A stretch of DNA of 64,000 nucleotides, from positions 64,001 through 128,000 of IMG/VR virus record IMGVR_UViG_3300032334_000315, one strand, 5' to 3'. Every line of letters starts with the position of its first letter. Positions within the stretch are counted from its first letter, which is position 1. Under the pieces are notes generated by a model. The model saw only the letters and a list, made by a program, of their open reading frames with translations. It was not told the origin of the DNA and searched no databases. This DNA comes from a virus. The position numbers were made by a program, and so were the translations under genes. Shown piece after piece: positions 54,393-63,372 of this stretch.

Positions 54393-56261
54393 TTACCCAT
54401 AATCACTACCCACATCAAGACTACCCTGTTGGTCGTAATCGTATCCACCTTCAGATCCTGTATAACTATCATACCCGTCAACAGCAGACATTGGTTCTCT
54501 AGTAACTTGCTCTGTTAGTTTTTGTTCAAGCTGACTATTCCAATCTTGTGGGTCATTAAAGTTATCACCTAATTGATACGGATCAGATCCTCTATCAATA
54601 GTTTTGTTTATTGATGCATAATTTGATTCGTTACCAAATTCACCATCAAGATATTTGTATGCTGACGCGCTAGAATCAAACGGTACCTTAGTGTCAGCCA
54701 TTACTGCGCCGCCTCTATCTGGTCTAGTTGGTTGTGGTATATTTCCAGCAGCATCGGTTGGTGTTCTTAGCTCTTTATATGCATCGTCAAGCAAAACAGT
54801 GGTGCTTGTCGAAGATGTGGCCGCACCACTATCTATGATACCACCAGACTCAAAGTTTCGATTTGAAAATATATTTGAGACTGAATCGGCTAATGCTAAA
54901 CCAGCACTAACGCCAGCAATAATCTGTAGAGCGTTGGCTACCGGTGTATTTGGTCTTATTGCAGGATATCTTCGAACTAACTCAGAATAAGGCATAGAAT
55001 AAAGTATATCATATGGAGTAGCACACATCAAGTCTAATTCTTTGGTGTGTCTTTCAATCTGTGTGCTTAGCATCATACGACGAAGTTCAGCCAATTTTGC
55101 AGTATTTGGTCGACTGCTATTACTGCCCCAATTAATAGTGTTGGCATTTCTTGTCAATTTTTGAGTGCCGTATGAAGTCGCAGCTGGACTTGATGTGACC
55201 ATCTTTGCGATACTGGCAGCACTAGCTATTGTTGAAGCTATATTCATGGCTTGCGATAACGGCTTCATAAGATCGGACACGCTGCCAGCGGCTGCACCTT
55301 CAGCAAATAAATTTTTCAGTTCAACAGGTTTAACTGGTTTTGGCGGCGCCGCAGTTTTAATTGGCGGTTTTGCGTCTTTGGTAGGCAGTTTGCCAGGAAT
55401 TGGCATCATCTTCATAATGCCATCAGGCGATAGACTTAGGTTTGGAAGCTTAGAAGCGATATCAAATCCAGCGCCTGTTAAAGCACCAGCCACCATTTGA
55501 GTAGCGATTGCATTTGGATTAATCATAGGAAATTTTGATGCCATACCAGCGGCCGCGGCCGCGATAGCAACAGGATTACCAGAACTCATAGCTTTAGCCA
55601 TACCAGCAGCTTGCCCAGCTAAGCTAACTGCACCACCAACAGCACCGGCTGCGGCACCGGCTGCACCGGCTACAGCTCCGAGAGCGCCTGATGCTGCACC
55701 TAGTGCAGCTTTTGCTGCATCTGCGGCTTTAGCAACATCGGCTAATAACCCACCTTTCATTGCCATTGCTATGGCCGATGTTGGTCCTTTTAGTGCTGCA
55801 TCCATAGCAGCTTTGACGGCTGTAATTTGCCCTGGAATAGCAATGCTACCTGGACCTAACATCTTTATTGGAAGTTTATCTGTAATTCCACTGGCAAGAC
55901 CTTTCAATCCTTCCATAGCCGCACTTAGGCCTGGCGCAAGCTTACTTACAGCATCGCCCATGCCAGCAAGATCAGCCAATTTACCAGCTGCGGCTGCGGC
56001 TGCAACGCCAGCAACAACAGTAGGAGATAACTGGAATAGAGGCGGTCTATATCCAAGAGGATCACGCATCATAGCTAATGCTATCTGCGGATTAAACAAT
56101 TCAGGATGGTCGCGCTGCAAAAGCATAGATTGCTTATGAATTAAGTCTGTACCCATATACTTATATTTTTGTCCGTATAGGGTGTATTCAACACCAGCAA
56201 CGATATCCTGCACATCAGCAAGAACCGCTCTAAGTTGGTAATCTATCTGTAACTGATCCAT
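54393..56261 (-). CDS. hypothetical Ala/Gly-rich protein (baseplate hub region)
   Basis: 622 aa; long Ala/Gly amphipathic tracts and an acidic tail. Confidence 0.65.
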   Translation of the reverse strand: MDQLQIDYQLRAVLADVQDIVAGVEYTLYGQKYKYMGTDLIHKQSMLLQRDHPELFNPQIALAMMRDPLGYRPPLFQLSPTVVAGVAAAAAAGKLADLAGMGDAVSKLAPGLSAAMEGLKGLASGITDKLPIKMLGPGSIAIPGQITAVKAAMDAALKGPTSAIAMAMKGGLLADVAKAADAAKAALGAASGALGAVAGAAGAAAGAVGGAVSLAGQAAGMAKAMSSGNPVAIAAAAAGMASKFPMINPNAIATQMVAGALTGAGFDIASKLPNLSLSPDGIMKMMPIPGKLPTKDAKPPIKTAAPPKPVKPVELKNLFAEGAAAGSVSDLMKPLSQAMNIASTIASAASIAKMVTSSPAATSYGTQKLTRNANTINWGSNSSRPNTAKLAELRRMMLSTQIERHTKELDLMCATPYDILYSMPYSELVRRYPAIRPNTPVANALQIIAGVSAGLALADSVSNIFSNRNFESGGIIDSGAATSSTSTTVLLDDAYKELRTPTDAAGNIPQPTRPDRGGAVMADTKVPFDSSASAYKYLDGEFGNESNYASINKTIDRGSDPYQLGDNFNDPQDWNSQLEQKLTEQVTREPMSAVDGYDSYTGSEGGYDYDQQGSLDVGSDYG

Positions 56262-56276
56262 GGATATGAAAACCTA

Positions 56277-57083
56277 TTATGGTGAATGGAATGGTGGAGA
56301 TGCAGGACCAGTGCGGCCGTCAAGTGATGGTTGTCCGATATATGTCGTCTTTGTTGTTGTGACAGTTGACGAATCAATCTTAATGCCTGTAGATCCAACT
56401 TTGCTTGTGATATTTGTTCCTGCCAAAACTGTTGTTGCAGCTTCACTATTAATTGTAAGATTGCCAACCGAACTCATACCAAGAGCATCACCAGATGCTA
56501 TGTCCATACCACCGCCGTACAGATAGAACAATCCGCCTACCATTTCATATTTGTCTCCTGCCACGCTGTTGGTATAGTTACCGACAGTTGTTGACATGTG
56601 GTTACCCATTGTGCTGACAGTATTATCACCACCTGTAATAAGATCACGGTTCTTTGATGTTCGGTGTGATGTGTGGCCATTGACTTGAACTCTCTGGTCA
56701 CCACCGTGTTCCTGAAGCGTATTACCATCAGATTTCAAATTAATGTCCTTATGGCTCACTAGTTCAAAATCACCAGCTTCAATCTTCATTTTACCAGTGA
56801 CATTGATTTCGTAGTCACCATCAATCGTAAGACTAAAACGGCCATGCACCACAGTTTCTTTTATGCCATCGACGTACTCTTGGTCATATTTTTGAATCTT
56901 TGTGATACGCGCACCATCATCTTGGATTTCAATGAATGTTCCGCTCGCGTGATACACGTGGATGCGTCTGTCACCCGGTGAGTTATCAATTTCAATCTTG
57001 TGCCCAGCCTCTGTTGTCCAGACGTGGTTGCCAAGATACTTTGATTTTTTGCCACCAGGTGGTATTTCTTTGGCTACTGCCAT
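56277..57083 (-). CDS. gp5: gp5 C-terminal beta-helix spike protein (no OB-fold, no lysozyme domain)
   Basis: Y..NHVWTTEAGHKIEIDNSPG.RRI..YH.SGTF.EI motif followed by VxG repeats. Confidence 0.8.
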   Translation of the reverse strand: MAVAKEIPPGGKKSKYLGNHVWTTEAGHKIEIDNSPGDRRIHVYHASGTFIEIQDDGARITKIQKYDQEYVDGIKETVVHGRFSLTIDGDYEINVTGKMKIEAGDFELVSHKDINLKSDGNTLQEHGGDQRVQVNGHTSHRTSKNRDLITGGDNTVSTMGNHMSTTVGNYTNSVAGDKYEMVGGLFYLYGGGMDIASGDALGMSSVGNLTINSEAATTVLAGTNITSKVGSTGIKIDSSTVTTTKTTYIGQPSLDGRTGPASPPFHSP

Positions 57084-57094
57084 AAATCATTTCC

Positions 57095-58138
57095 TTAAGA
57101 TTGAAATGCAAGGTCGATGCCTATATTAGGATTATATACCGTTGCATTTGGATTTACTGGTTGTTCAGTTTGGAAGCTGGATTCCAAACCTATGTTTGGA
57201 TCAAATGATCCTGCTTTAATTGAACCAGAAAGCATCGACAAATTATCAGAACTTTTAGCTGCTTCTGTTGCGGCGGTAGATGCCGCTTCGCCGAGTTTAC
57301 CTGTTGCTTCATCCATACTAGGAAAAGTAGAACCGCCGGTCGCTGCACTAGCTAAATCTGCAAGCGAACTTGGTGCACCAGAAGTGAGAGACGATAGCAC
57401 ACCACCTAAAGCGCCACCTGCTAATGCGCCACCGAGCGCGCCTAGAACACCACCTTTTGCAGCACCAAGCGCAGCACCGATTAGACCACCTAAAGCACCT
57501 AATCCATCACCACCAGCACCTACTACGCCAAACGGATGCTTGATAGGTGGTCTTGGTATACTATTTGCTTTTTGTCTAGCATCTTTACTAGTTACTCGCG
57601 GATCTGTATCTCTTTCTTTATCAGCACGACCAGGTAAACCGGTTGAACCATCATCATCTTCTGTTGGATGTACAGATGGATTGCCACCAACACCAGAATT
57701 GCCACCTCCACCTGGTATTTTTGATACTGCATCCAATAGGCCTGCAACAAGCGCAACCTTCTGTGGTATCGTCATGCTTTTTTGTTTATATTGCATTGAC
57801 GCTGTTGTCGGTCTTTTGATTACCAACTCACCATATACGTTATCCGAAACTATAATGATATTATTGGTCACATCAATTACACTGGCTTCAACATCATATT
57901 GCCCAGGATATAAAGGCGATGAAAAGTGAAGTTTCCAAACATTTGGTATGACCGATTCATCAATACCAAGATTACCATCAAACAGTTTATATGTGATATA
58001 ATTTACTGTTATGTGGATTGTTTGGTTTTTCTGACGTTCAAAATTGACCTTTCCTGTGAGAATAGGCGTAGGTGTAGTCGTTGACAGTGGGTTTACGTTG
58101 ATAAAGTAATCCGCATATGGTGACTGTGTTATTGCCAT
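57095..58138 (-). CDS. hypothetical protein (Ig-like N-terminus, Gly-zipper hydrophobic segment)
   Basis: TPILTG...LYPGQYDVEA; GALGGLIGAALGAAKGGVLGALGGALAGGALGG. Confidence 0.6.
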   Translation of the reverse strand: MAITQSPYADYFINVNPLSTTTPTPILTGKVNFERQKNQTIHITVNYITYKLFDGNLGIDESVIPNVWKLHFSSPLYPGQYDVEASVIDVTNNIIIVSDNVYGELVIKRPTTASMQYKQKSMTIPQKVALVAGLLDAVSKIPGGGGNSGVGGNPSVHPTEDDDGSTGLPGRADKERDTDPRVTSKDARQKANSIPRPPIKHPFGVVGAGGDGLGALGGLIGAALGAAKGGVLGALGGALAGGALGGVLSSLTSGAPSSLADLASAATGGSTFPSMDEATGKLGEAASTAATEAAKSSDNLSMLSGSIKAGSFDPNIGLESSFQTEQPVNPNATVYNPNIGIDLAFQS

Positions 58139-58524
58139 TATTTTTTAGGTCCTGATCCTGGCGATTGTTTACCTGAACCGCCTTTCTGCTGAACATGTGG
58201 GAATGAACCGACTGCTACAGGATACTGTGCGCCTTCACTGTCCCAAAAAAATCCATATACCTTTGATCCTTCTGTAATGCCTGTCGGCGAACGACCAACG
58301 CCACTGATGGATGCGGATGTCATCGGTGTTGCAACATCACACCATGGCAATTCTTTAGTTGGTAAAACACTTTTGTCTTCCGTGTGATGCCCATGGATTC
58401 TAACTTTCAAACGGCCGAGCTTCAACTCATCTTTTTTACCAGAGAATTGCCCAGTACCACGATCTTCAACAGTGCCAACCCACCACAAAAGATTTTTACC
58501 AAACATGCTTGCTTGTTCTGCCAT
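58138..58524 (-). CDS. gp5: gp5 N-terminal OB-fold protein (stand-alone)
   Basis: WWVGTVEDR...LGRLKVRIHGHH...LPW...SGVG.SP...GS.VYGFF.D...QYP. Confidence 0.85.
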   Translation of the reverse strand: MAEQASMFGKNLLWWVGTVEDRGTGQFSGKKDELKLGRLKVRIHGHHTEDKSVLPTKELPWCDVATPMTSASISGVGRSPTGITEGSKVYGFFWDSEGAQYPVAVGSFPHVQQKGGSGKQSPGSGPKK

Positions 58525-58536
58525 GACTAAACTCCT

Positions 58537-59799
58537 TTATTTACTATGCGAATCAGATTTGCATTCCAAAACACAGTTGTATTTGAAATCTTTGTCATCT
58601 TTATATATGATATGGCGAACACTTGTCACTAAAAATACACCAGAGCGATTGTCAAGTTCATTGTTTTCTTGGTTAGATGGAATTTGAAGCTTCACTTTTA
58701 TGCCGGGTTTAATTGTTGTGTTGCCTGGAACAAGGACGTTCATCACTAAATTTTCTAGTTGGTTTGCAATTGCAGATTGTGCACCATGCTCACCAATTGT
58801 TCTTTTGTTTTCCGCATCTTTTGGTGAGCGAGAATCAATATATTTGCTTTTTTCACCAGCACCTTTACCAACACCGCCATGTGCAATGTTGAAGCGGATA
58901 ACTTTTGTGCCAATAGATCCTTCTGTACCTTTAGATTCGTCTTTTTCTACGATTGCGTTTTTATTCAGTGTTTTTGAATCTTGGCCCTGTCGTTTGCCAC
59001 CTGGTACAGAATCCACTTTTCCTGTTAATGGATCATAGATATACTGGTGGTCCGATTCTGCGCCACTATCACTAGCATCTAGGCCATGAAAATCTTGTTT
59101 CTGTTCAAACGAAATTATACGTTTTGATGCGTCACCACCAGAGCCAGTGTTTTGCAAAGCATATGAGAATGTCATAGCTTCAGAACCTTCAAGCATAGAT
59201 GCTATCGTTTTGAAGTGGTATCCATCTCTGTCTTGGTAGTAAACATAATTTGAAGCTTTAGCTTTTGCTGATTTAGCTTCTTTGCCAGCCCAACGAAATA
59301 CTGTTGTGGGATTACGACCAGTGCCAACGTAGTTCTGTTTACCTTCGCTCTCTTCATTAGTAATCAAGTCTTTTTTGATTGTCTTTGAATCTTTGGTGTA
59401 TATCTCATGGACTTGCTTGACCATGTCAGATAGCTTCATGTCTTTATATGGCTTATCAATTGCCTTTGCGTTGTCGGATGCCATCTCTGACGACACGGCT
59501 GTGAGCGTGTACATGTCCTGTTTGTCTTTCACGCGCATACGATCACCAACAATAGCCACTTCAAATTTCATTTTGATTTGAGCGCCTGATCTGCCACCAA
59601 ATCCAATCTCAACGTCTTCGCCATTCTTTAAATTGGCGTTTTGACTGAATCCGCTTCCGTCGTTGATAACGATATTACAAGACGCGCTGGTTGTGTATAT
59701 GCTTTCAAAATAATCAAGTTGATTTACAATAGCACGAACATCGGTGCCTTTAATTGTGCATGTTGAAAGTAAACCAGCACCAGTTGTTTGGTCGCTCAT
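58537..59799 (-). CDS. baseplate hub protein (gp27-like)
   Basis: YFESIY, YVYYQDRDGYHFKTI, VPGNT.I.PG, SG.FLVTSVRH; lies between gp53 and gp5. Confidence 0.65.
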   Translation of the reverse strand: MSDQTTGAGLLSTCTIKGTDVRAIVNQLDYFESIYTTSASCNIVINDGSGFSQNANLKNGEDVEIGFGGRSGAQIKMKFEVAIVGDRMRVKDKQDMYTLTAVSSEMASDNAKAIDKPYKDMKLSDMVKQVHEIYTKDSKTIKKDLITNEESEGKQNYVGTGRNPTTVFRWAGKEAKSAKAKASNYVYYQDRDGYHFKTIASMLEGSEAMTFSYALQNTGSGGDASKRIISFEQKQDFHGLDASDSGAESDHQYIYDPLTGKVDSVPGGKRQGQDSKTLNKNAIVEKDESKGTEGSIGTKVIRFNIAHGGVGKGAGEKSKYIDSRSPKDAENKRTIGEHGAQSAIANQLENLVMNVLVPGNTTIKPGIKVKLQIPSNQENNELDNRSGVFLVTSVRHIIYKDDKDFKYNCVLECKSDSHSK

Positions 59800-60383
59800 C
59801 GAACGGTAACTCCATCAAAAATATTTGGATGTTGATCTTTAATGAGCAACAAATAGTTCAAATCAAGTAGAAATATCTTTCTACGGTCTTCATTTAATTC
59901 TACTTCGTATTCATATATTGTTTTTGTTTTTCTTTCAAATGCAGCAAGAGATAGATATGTGGTTTCGTCAACAATTAATATTTTTTCTGGAACAATCCGC
60001 TGTGTGCCATTGTCATTCTGAATATACTGCTGCTGGATAATTTTTTCATAGTGGTGGATTGTTATCTGTGTGTATTCAACCGAACCATATTTGTCTCTTA
60101 GATATGAATCCATTTCTTCATATGATAGAGGCCATTGGAAATATGGATCATGGATTTCATTGACAAGTAAGATTAACCAATCCATAGTCACATCACCATA
60201 ATAATCATATGCAACAGAATCCGCTCGTTCACCATCTTGAACAAAATATGTATCAAATGCAACGCTGCTATTTTTTAAAAAATCAGCAGCAGAAAACCTA
60301 CGAGTGATATCCGTAACAGGAATCGACTTCGTGCTATTTGGTATTTTGTACTGAATCGTAGGAAATGGTGTGAAATAAAGCAT
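59796..60383 (-). CDS. gp53: baseplate wedge subunit
   Basis: YF..FP.I.Y, DGERADSVAYDYYG, WLILLVN.I.DP..QWP, IHHYE. Confidence 0.92.
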   Translation of the reverse strand: MLYFTPFPTIQYKIPNSTKSIPVTDITRRFSAADFLKNSSVAFDTYFVQDGERADSVAYDYYGDVTMDWLILLVNEIHDPYFQWPLSYEEMDSYLRDKYGSVEYTQITIHHYEKIIQQQYIQNDNGTQRIVPEKILIVDETTYLSLAAFERKTKTIYEYEVELNEDRRKIFLLDLNYLLLIKDQHPNIFDGVTVR

Positions 60384-60386
60384 TGA

Positions 60387-61517
60387 TTACCTTGGTGGTT
60401 GATTTAACATCTGTTCTCTTAGTCTGTTTATACGATCAGAATTAATTGACCCCGGTACATCTCCAAAAACAGCATCTCTCTCGGTTCGAACTCTAACCGC
60501 TTCTGGATCATTATCAGACCTAAGGTCCGGCTCTCTTATAGCGGAAACTGGACTGCCAGGATTTAAGAATTGCTTTGAGATGATCTCGGTTTCTTTAAAT
60601 GTTAGAGACAAAGATACTTCGGCTGGTGCCGGTTCACCACTGCCATCCGCATTTCTGATATAGGCTGCATAAGCTTGTGGATGGTAATCCACTTTGATGT
60701 CAGTGCAAACAGAAGGCCTCATTTTGAAAAGATATGCATCTCTTGCAAATTTAATTTCAAAAAATTCAGGATATTTAAAAAACAAACCACCAGCAACGAA
60801 TTCTGGATGAGAATAATAAGTAAACATGGCTATGATACGGCGGATAATGTCGGACTCTCTTCTATTGCGTGGAGATAGTTTCCAGCTAAATGAATGGTCA
60901 CGAAAATCAACACCGGTAAATAGCACAATCTTATGTGGGTTTTGAGCAATACCACCACCAACTTTTAGTGCAGCACCTAAAGCGTCGCCCGTTACACCCA
61001 TGCCGGCTAATCCTGCTTGTGCAATTTTAGCAGCTCCAGTTGTTGCTGCTAAAGCGCCTATACCAGCTAAACCAGCACCAGCAAGTCCTGCGCCAACCGC
61101 AGCTTGCCCAGGTATATCGTTATTGCCATATATTGCTCTATCAAAAGGTTTAAGCGCAGATCCGGCGGCCATATGTAAATCTGGTGTGCTATATGTTGGA
61201 TTATAATCAGTTGAAAGATTTGCTGGAAGAGGCAAACGAACTACTCCGCCTGCACCTTCTACGGCACTGCCAAACCCTGTTAGTCCTAACGCCGAAAGAG
61301 TAGCACCTTCCAATACACCTTTTGTAGGCTTAGCAACAAATTCCATCCAGTTATTATTCATTGCAAGATCACTAGGAAATGAGTTATCATCTCCTTTAAA
61401 AGGATCACCACCTGTACCACCAATTAAAGACGGATTGGAAACATTATTAGTATTGATTCCTGGCGGTGGACCTGCATTTGCTCTTGATGCTGCCAAGTCT
61501 CTTGCTGTATCTGCCAT
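60387..61517 (-). CDS. gp48: baseplate tail-tube cap
   Basis: LPLPANL, NPHKIVLFTGVDFRDHSFSWKL.PRN..ES, L.L.FKETE. Confidence 0.85.
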   Translation of the reverse strand: MADTARDLAASRANAGPPPGINTNNVSNPSLIGGTGGDPFKGDDNSFPSDLAMNNNWMEFVAKPTKGVLEGATLSALGLTGFGSAVEGAGGVVRLPLPANLSTDYNPTYSTPDLHMAAGSALKPFDRAIYGNNDIPGQAAVGAGLAGAGLAGIGALAATTGAAKIAQAGLAGMGVTGDALGAALKVGGGIAQNPHKIVLFTGVDFRDHSFSWKLSPRNRRESDIIRRIIAMFTYYSHPEFVAGGLFFKYPEFFEIKFARDAYLFKMRPSVCTDIKVDYHPQAYAAYIRNADGSGEPAPAEVSLSLTFKETEIISKQFLNPGSPVSAIREPDLRSDNDPEAVRVRTERDAVFGDVPGSINSDRINRLREQMLNQPPR

Positions 61518-61541
61518 ATTTTGGTATCTCCCTAACCAATC

Positions 61542-61560
61542 TATTTATACGCAATACATA
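61542..61560. promoter_or_regulatory. divergent late promoters (TATAAATA on minus for gp48; TACATA on plus for gp4)
   Basis: TATTTATA at 61542-49; TACATA at 61555-60 lies 6 nt before the ATG at 61567. Confidence 0.65.
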
Positions 61561-61566
61561 GAGTGC

Positions 61567-62013
61567 ATGAAAGCATATACTGGTCGGTTTGTACCGAAAA
61601 ATCCACAGAAATATAAAGGTGATCCTACGAAGATTGTTTACCGATCGTCGTGGGAACTGCGCGTCATGGGATATCTGGACAACAATATCAACGTCATTCA
61701 ATGGGCCTCGGAAGAGCTTGCGATTCCGTACAAGTCACCGATAGATGGCAAATGGCACCGATACTTTCCAGACTTCGTGGTTAAGATGCGTGACAGAGAT
61801 GGCAAAGTCACAGTGAAGATGCTGGAAGTTAAACCAAAAGCGCAGTCTGTACCGCCTACCATCAAGAAAGGTGTATCAAAGCCAAGTAAGAAATACTTGA
61901 AAGAAGTGATGACTTGGGGCATAAATAGTAGTAAATGGGAAGCTGCAAAGGAATATTGTGCTGACCGCAACTGGCAATTCGTAGTGCTTACGGAAAAGGA
62001 ACTCGGTCTTTAA
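61567..62013 (+). CDS. gp4: head completion nuclease (start MKAYTG)
   Basis: P.NPQKYKGD...YRSSWE, WASEE, HRYFPDF, EVKP, N..KW.AA. Confidence 0.93.
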   Translation: MKAYTGRFVPKNPQKYKGDPTKIVYRSSWELRVMGYLDNNINVIQWASEELAIPYKSPIDGKWHRYFPDFVVKMRDRDGKVTVKMLEVKPKAQSVPPTIKKGVSKPSKKYLKEVMTWGINSSKWEAAKEYCADRNWQFVVLTEKELGL

Positions 62014-62615
62014 TGGTCGCATACATCTTCGATAGTCTGATCCATAAGGCTGAGAGTGCTGGTATTAAACGCGACTCCCGCGCATGGTTTCGTAAGCAAG
62101 CGCAGGCCGTCAATGCTAATCCAGCTTTGATGCTTCGCAGTCAAGCAAACAGGTTAACTAATATACCAATGATTGGTCGCATGTACCTGTTCCGCTATGA
62201 TCCAAAAACTAAAAACAAACTGCCGTATTATGATAGGTATCCGCTTGTTATTCCAATTGGTACTGGTGGCAAGACTGGTGGTACTGCATCATCTGGTGGT
62301 TCGTTTCTTGGTTTGAATCTTCACTATCTACCACCGGTGCTGCGAGCAAAGCTGATGGATGCTCTGTACAATGTAGCATCTTCAAAAACATTTGACGACA
62401 AGACAAAGCTAAAGATATCTTACGACATCCTTAGCCAAGCATCGCGTTACCGTTTCTTCAAGCCGTGCGTCAAGCGTTACCTGATCTCGCATGTGCAATC
62501 TAAATTTTTCTATATTGAACCCACAGAGTGGGACATGGCTTTGTTTCTTCCGCTTGATAGATTTGTTGGAGCTAGTAGAAATGTTGTCTACAAAGACAGC
62601 CGAAATAGGATTTAA
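62013..62615 (+). CDS. gp2: DNA end protector protein
   Basis: GRMYLFRYDPK.K..LPYYD.YPL, GLNLHYL, KPCVKRYL. Confidence 0.93.
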   Translation: MVAYIFDSLIHKAESAGIKRDSRAWFRKQAQAVNANPALMLRSQANRLTNIPMIGRMYLFRYDPKTKNKLPYYDRYPLVIPIGTGGKTGGTASSGGSFLGLNLHYLPPVLRAKLMDALYNVASSKTFDDKTKLKISYDILSQASRYRFFKPCVKRYLISHVQSKFFYIEPTEWDMALFLPLDRFVGASRNVVYKDSRNRI

Positions 62616-62617
62616 CG

Positions 62618-63355
62618 ATGCCTTTTAATATAGCAGATTTTAACTCTGAGATTGCCAAAACTGGTATTGCAGCAACATCGCACTTTGAAGCTGTGATAAC
62701 AAGAGGTCCAGGTGGCAGATCACTAGCACCATATGGCCTTGACCAGGGAATGCGCTTTCGTATTGAGAGCGTCAATTTACCAGGCCGTACGCTTACAACA
62801 TTGGATCAACAATATCATGGTCCTGTTCGCGCAATGCCGTATCGTTTCCAACACCAACCAGTAACATTCACAGTTATTCTCTCGCGTGACATGCGCGAGC
62901 GCGAAGTGTTTATGAAGTGGCAAGATTTCTTTGTTGGGCATCATCGTACCAATTATAATACCGCTGTAGTTCCAGGTATGTTCGACTCAAAATATTATGA
63001 CGATGGCATCGGCGAGATTGAAATTTGGCAATACTCTCAGCCAACACCACAACGATTTCCATCCAATGCACCTAAATCAAATTCATATCAACAAAGCAAT
63101 CTATCGCCCGGTGCACAAACTGGTAATCCTTATCTTTCTATGCAAGAACAACCAGATGCTGTTGTGCAAAATCAAATTAGATTTCTGGAAGCATATCCAA
63201 GTTCCGTAAATGATATTGCTATGTCATGGGGCGATGAAGGATATGCAAAACTTCAGGTTGAAATGAGATATAGGACTGTTATTGAAACCAACAAATCGTT
63301 TAGAAATAACACTGCATTTAATCAAGACGCACGTTCAGGATACGGATTCTTTTAA
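62618..63355 (+). CDS. gp54: baseplate tail-tube initiator (gp54-like, tube fold)
   Basis: ESVNLPGRTL, F..WQ, EAYP..V..I.MSW; synteny with gp2 and gp26. Confidence 0.7.
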   Translation: MPFNIADFNSEIAKTGIAATSHFEAVITRGPGGRSLAPYGLDQGMRFRIESVNLPGRTLTTLDQQYHGPVRAMPYRFQHQPVTFTVILSRDMREREVFMKWQDFFVGHHRTNYNTAVVPGMFDSKYYDDGIGEIEIWQYSQPTPQRFPSNAPKSNSYQQSNLSPGAQTGNPYLSMQEQPDAVVQNQIRFLEAYPSSVNDIAMSWGDEGYAKLQVEMRYRTVIETNKSFRNNTAFNQDARSGYGFF

Positions 63356-63372
63356 TATAAGTGAGGTAAATT

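Noticed and set aside
57117-57929. 270-aa plus-strand ORF as a possible target of the sigma70 promoter
   Set aside because: It lies 2.7 kb from the promoter and mirrors the Gly/Ala-rich minus-strand gene, so it is a shadow ORF.
61567-62013. TnsA-like nuclease as a transposon or homing endonuclease
   Set aside because: Motifs and position next to gp2 match T4 gp4 head completion protein, and there are no mobile-element ends.
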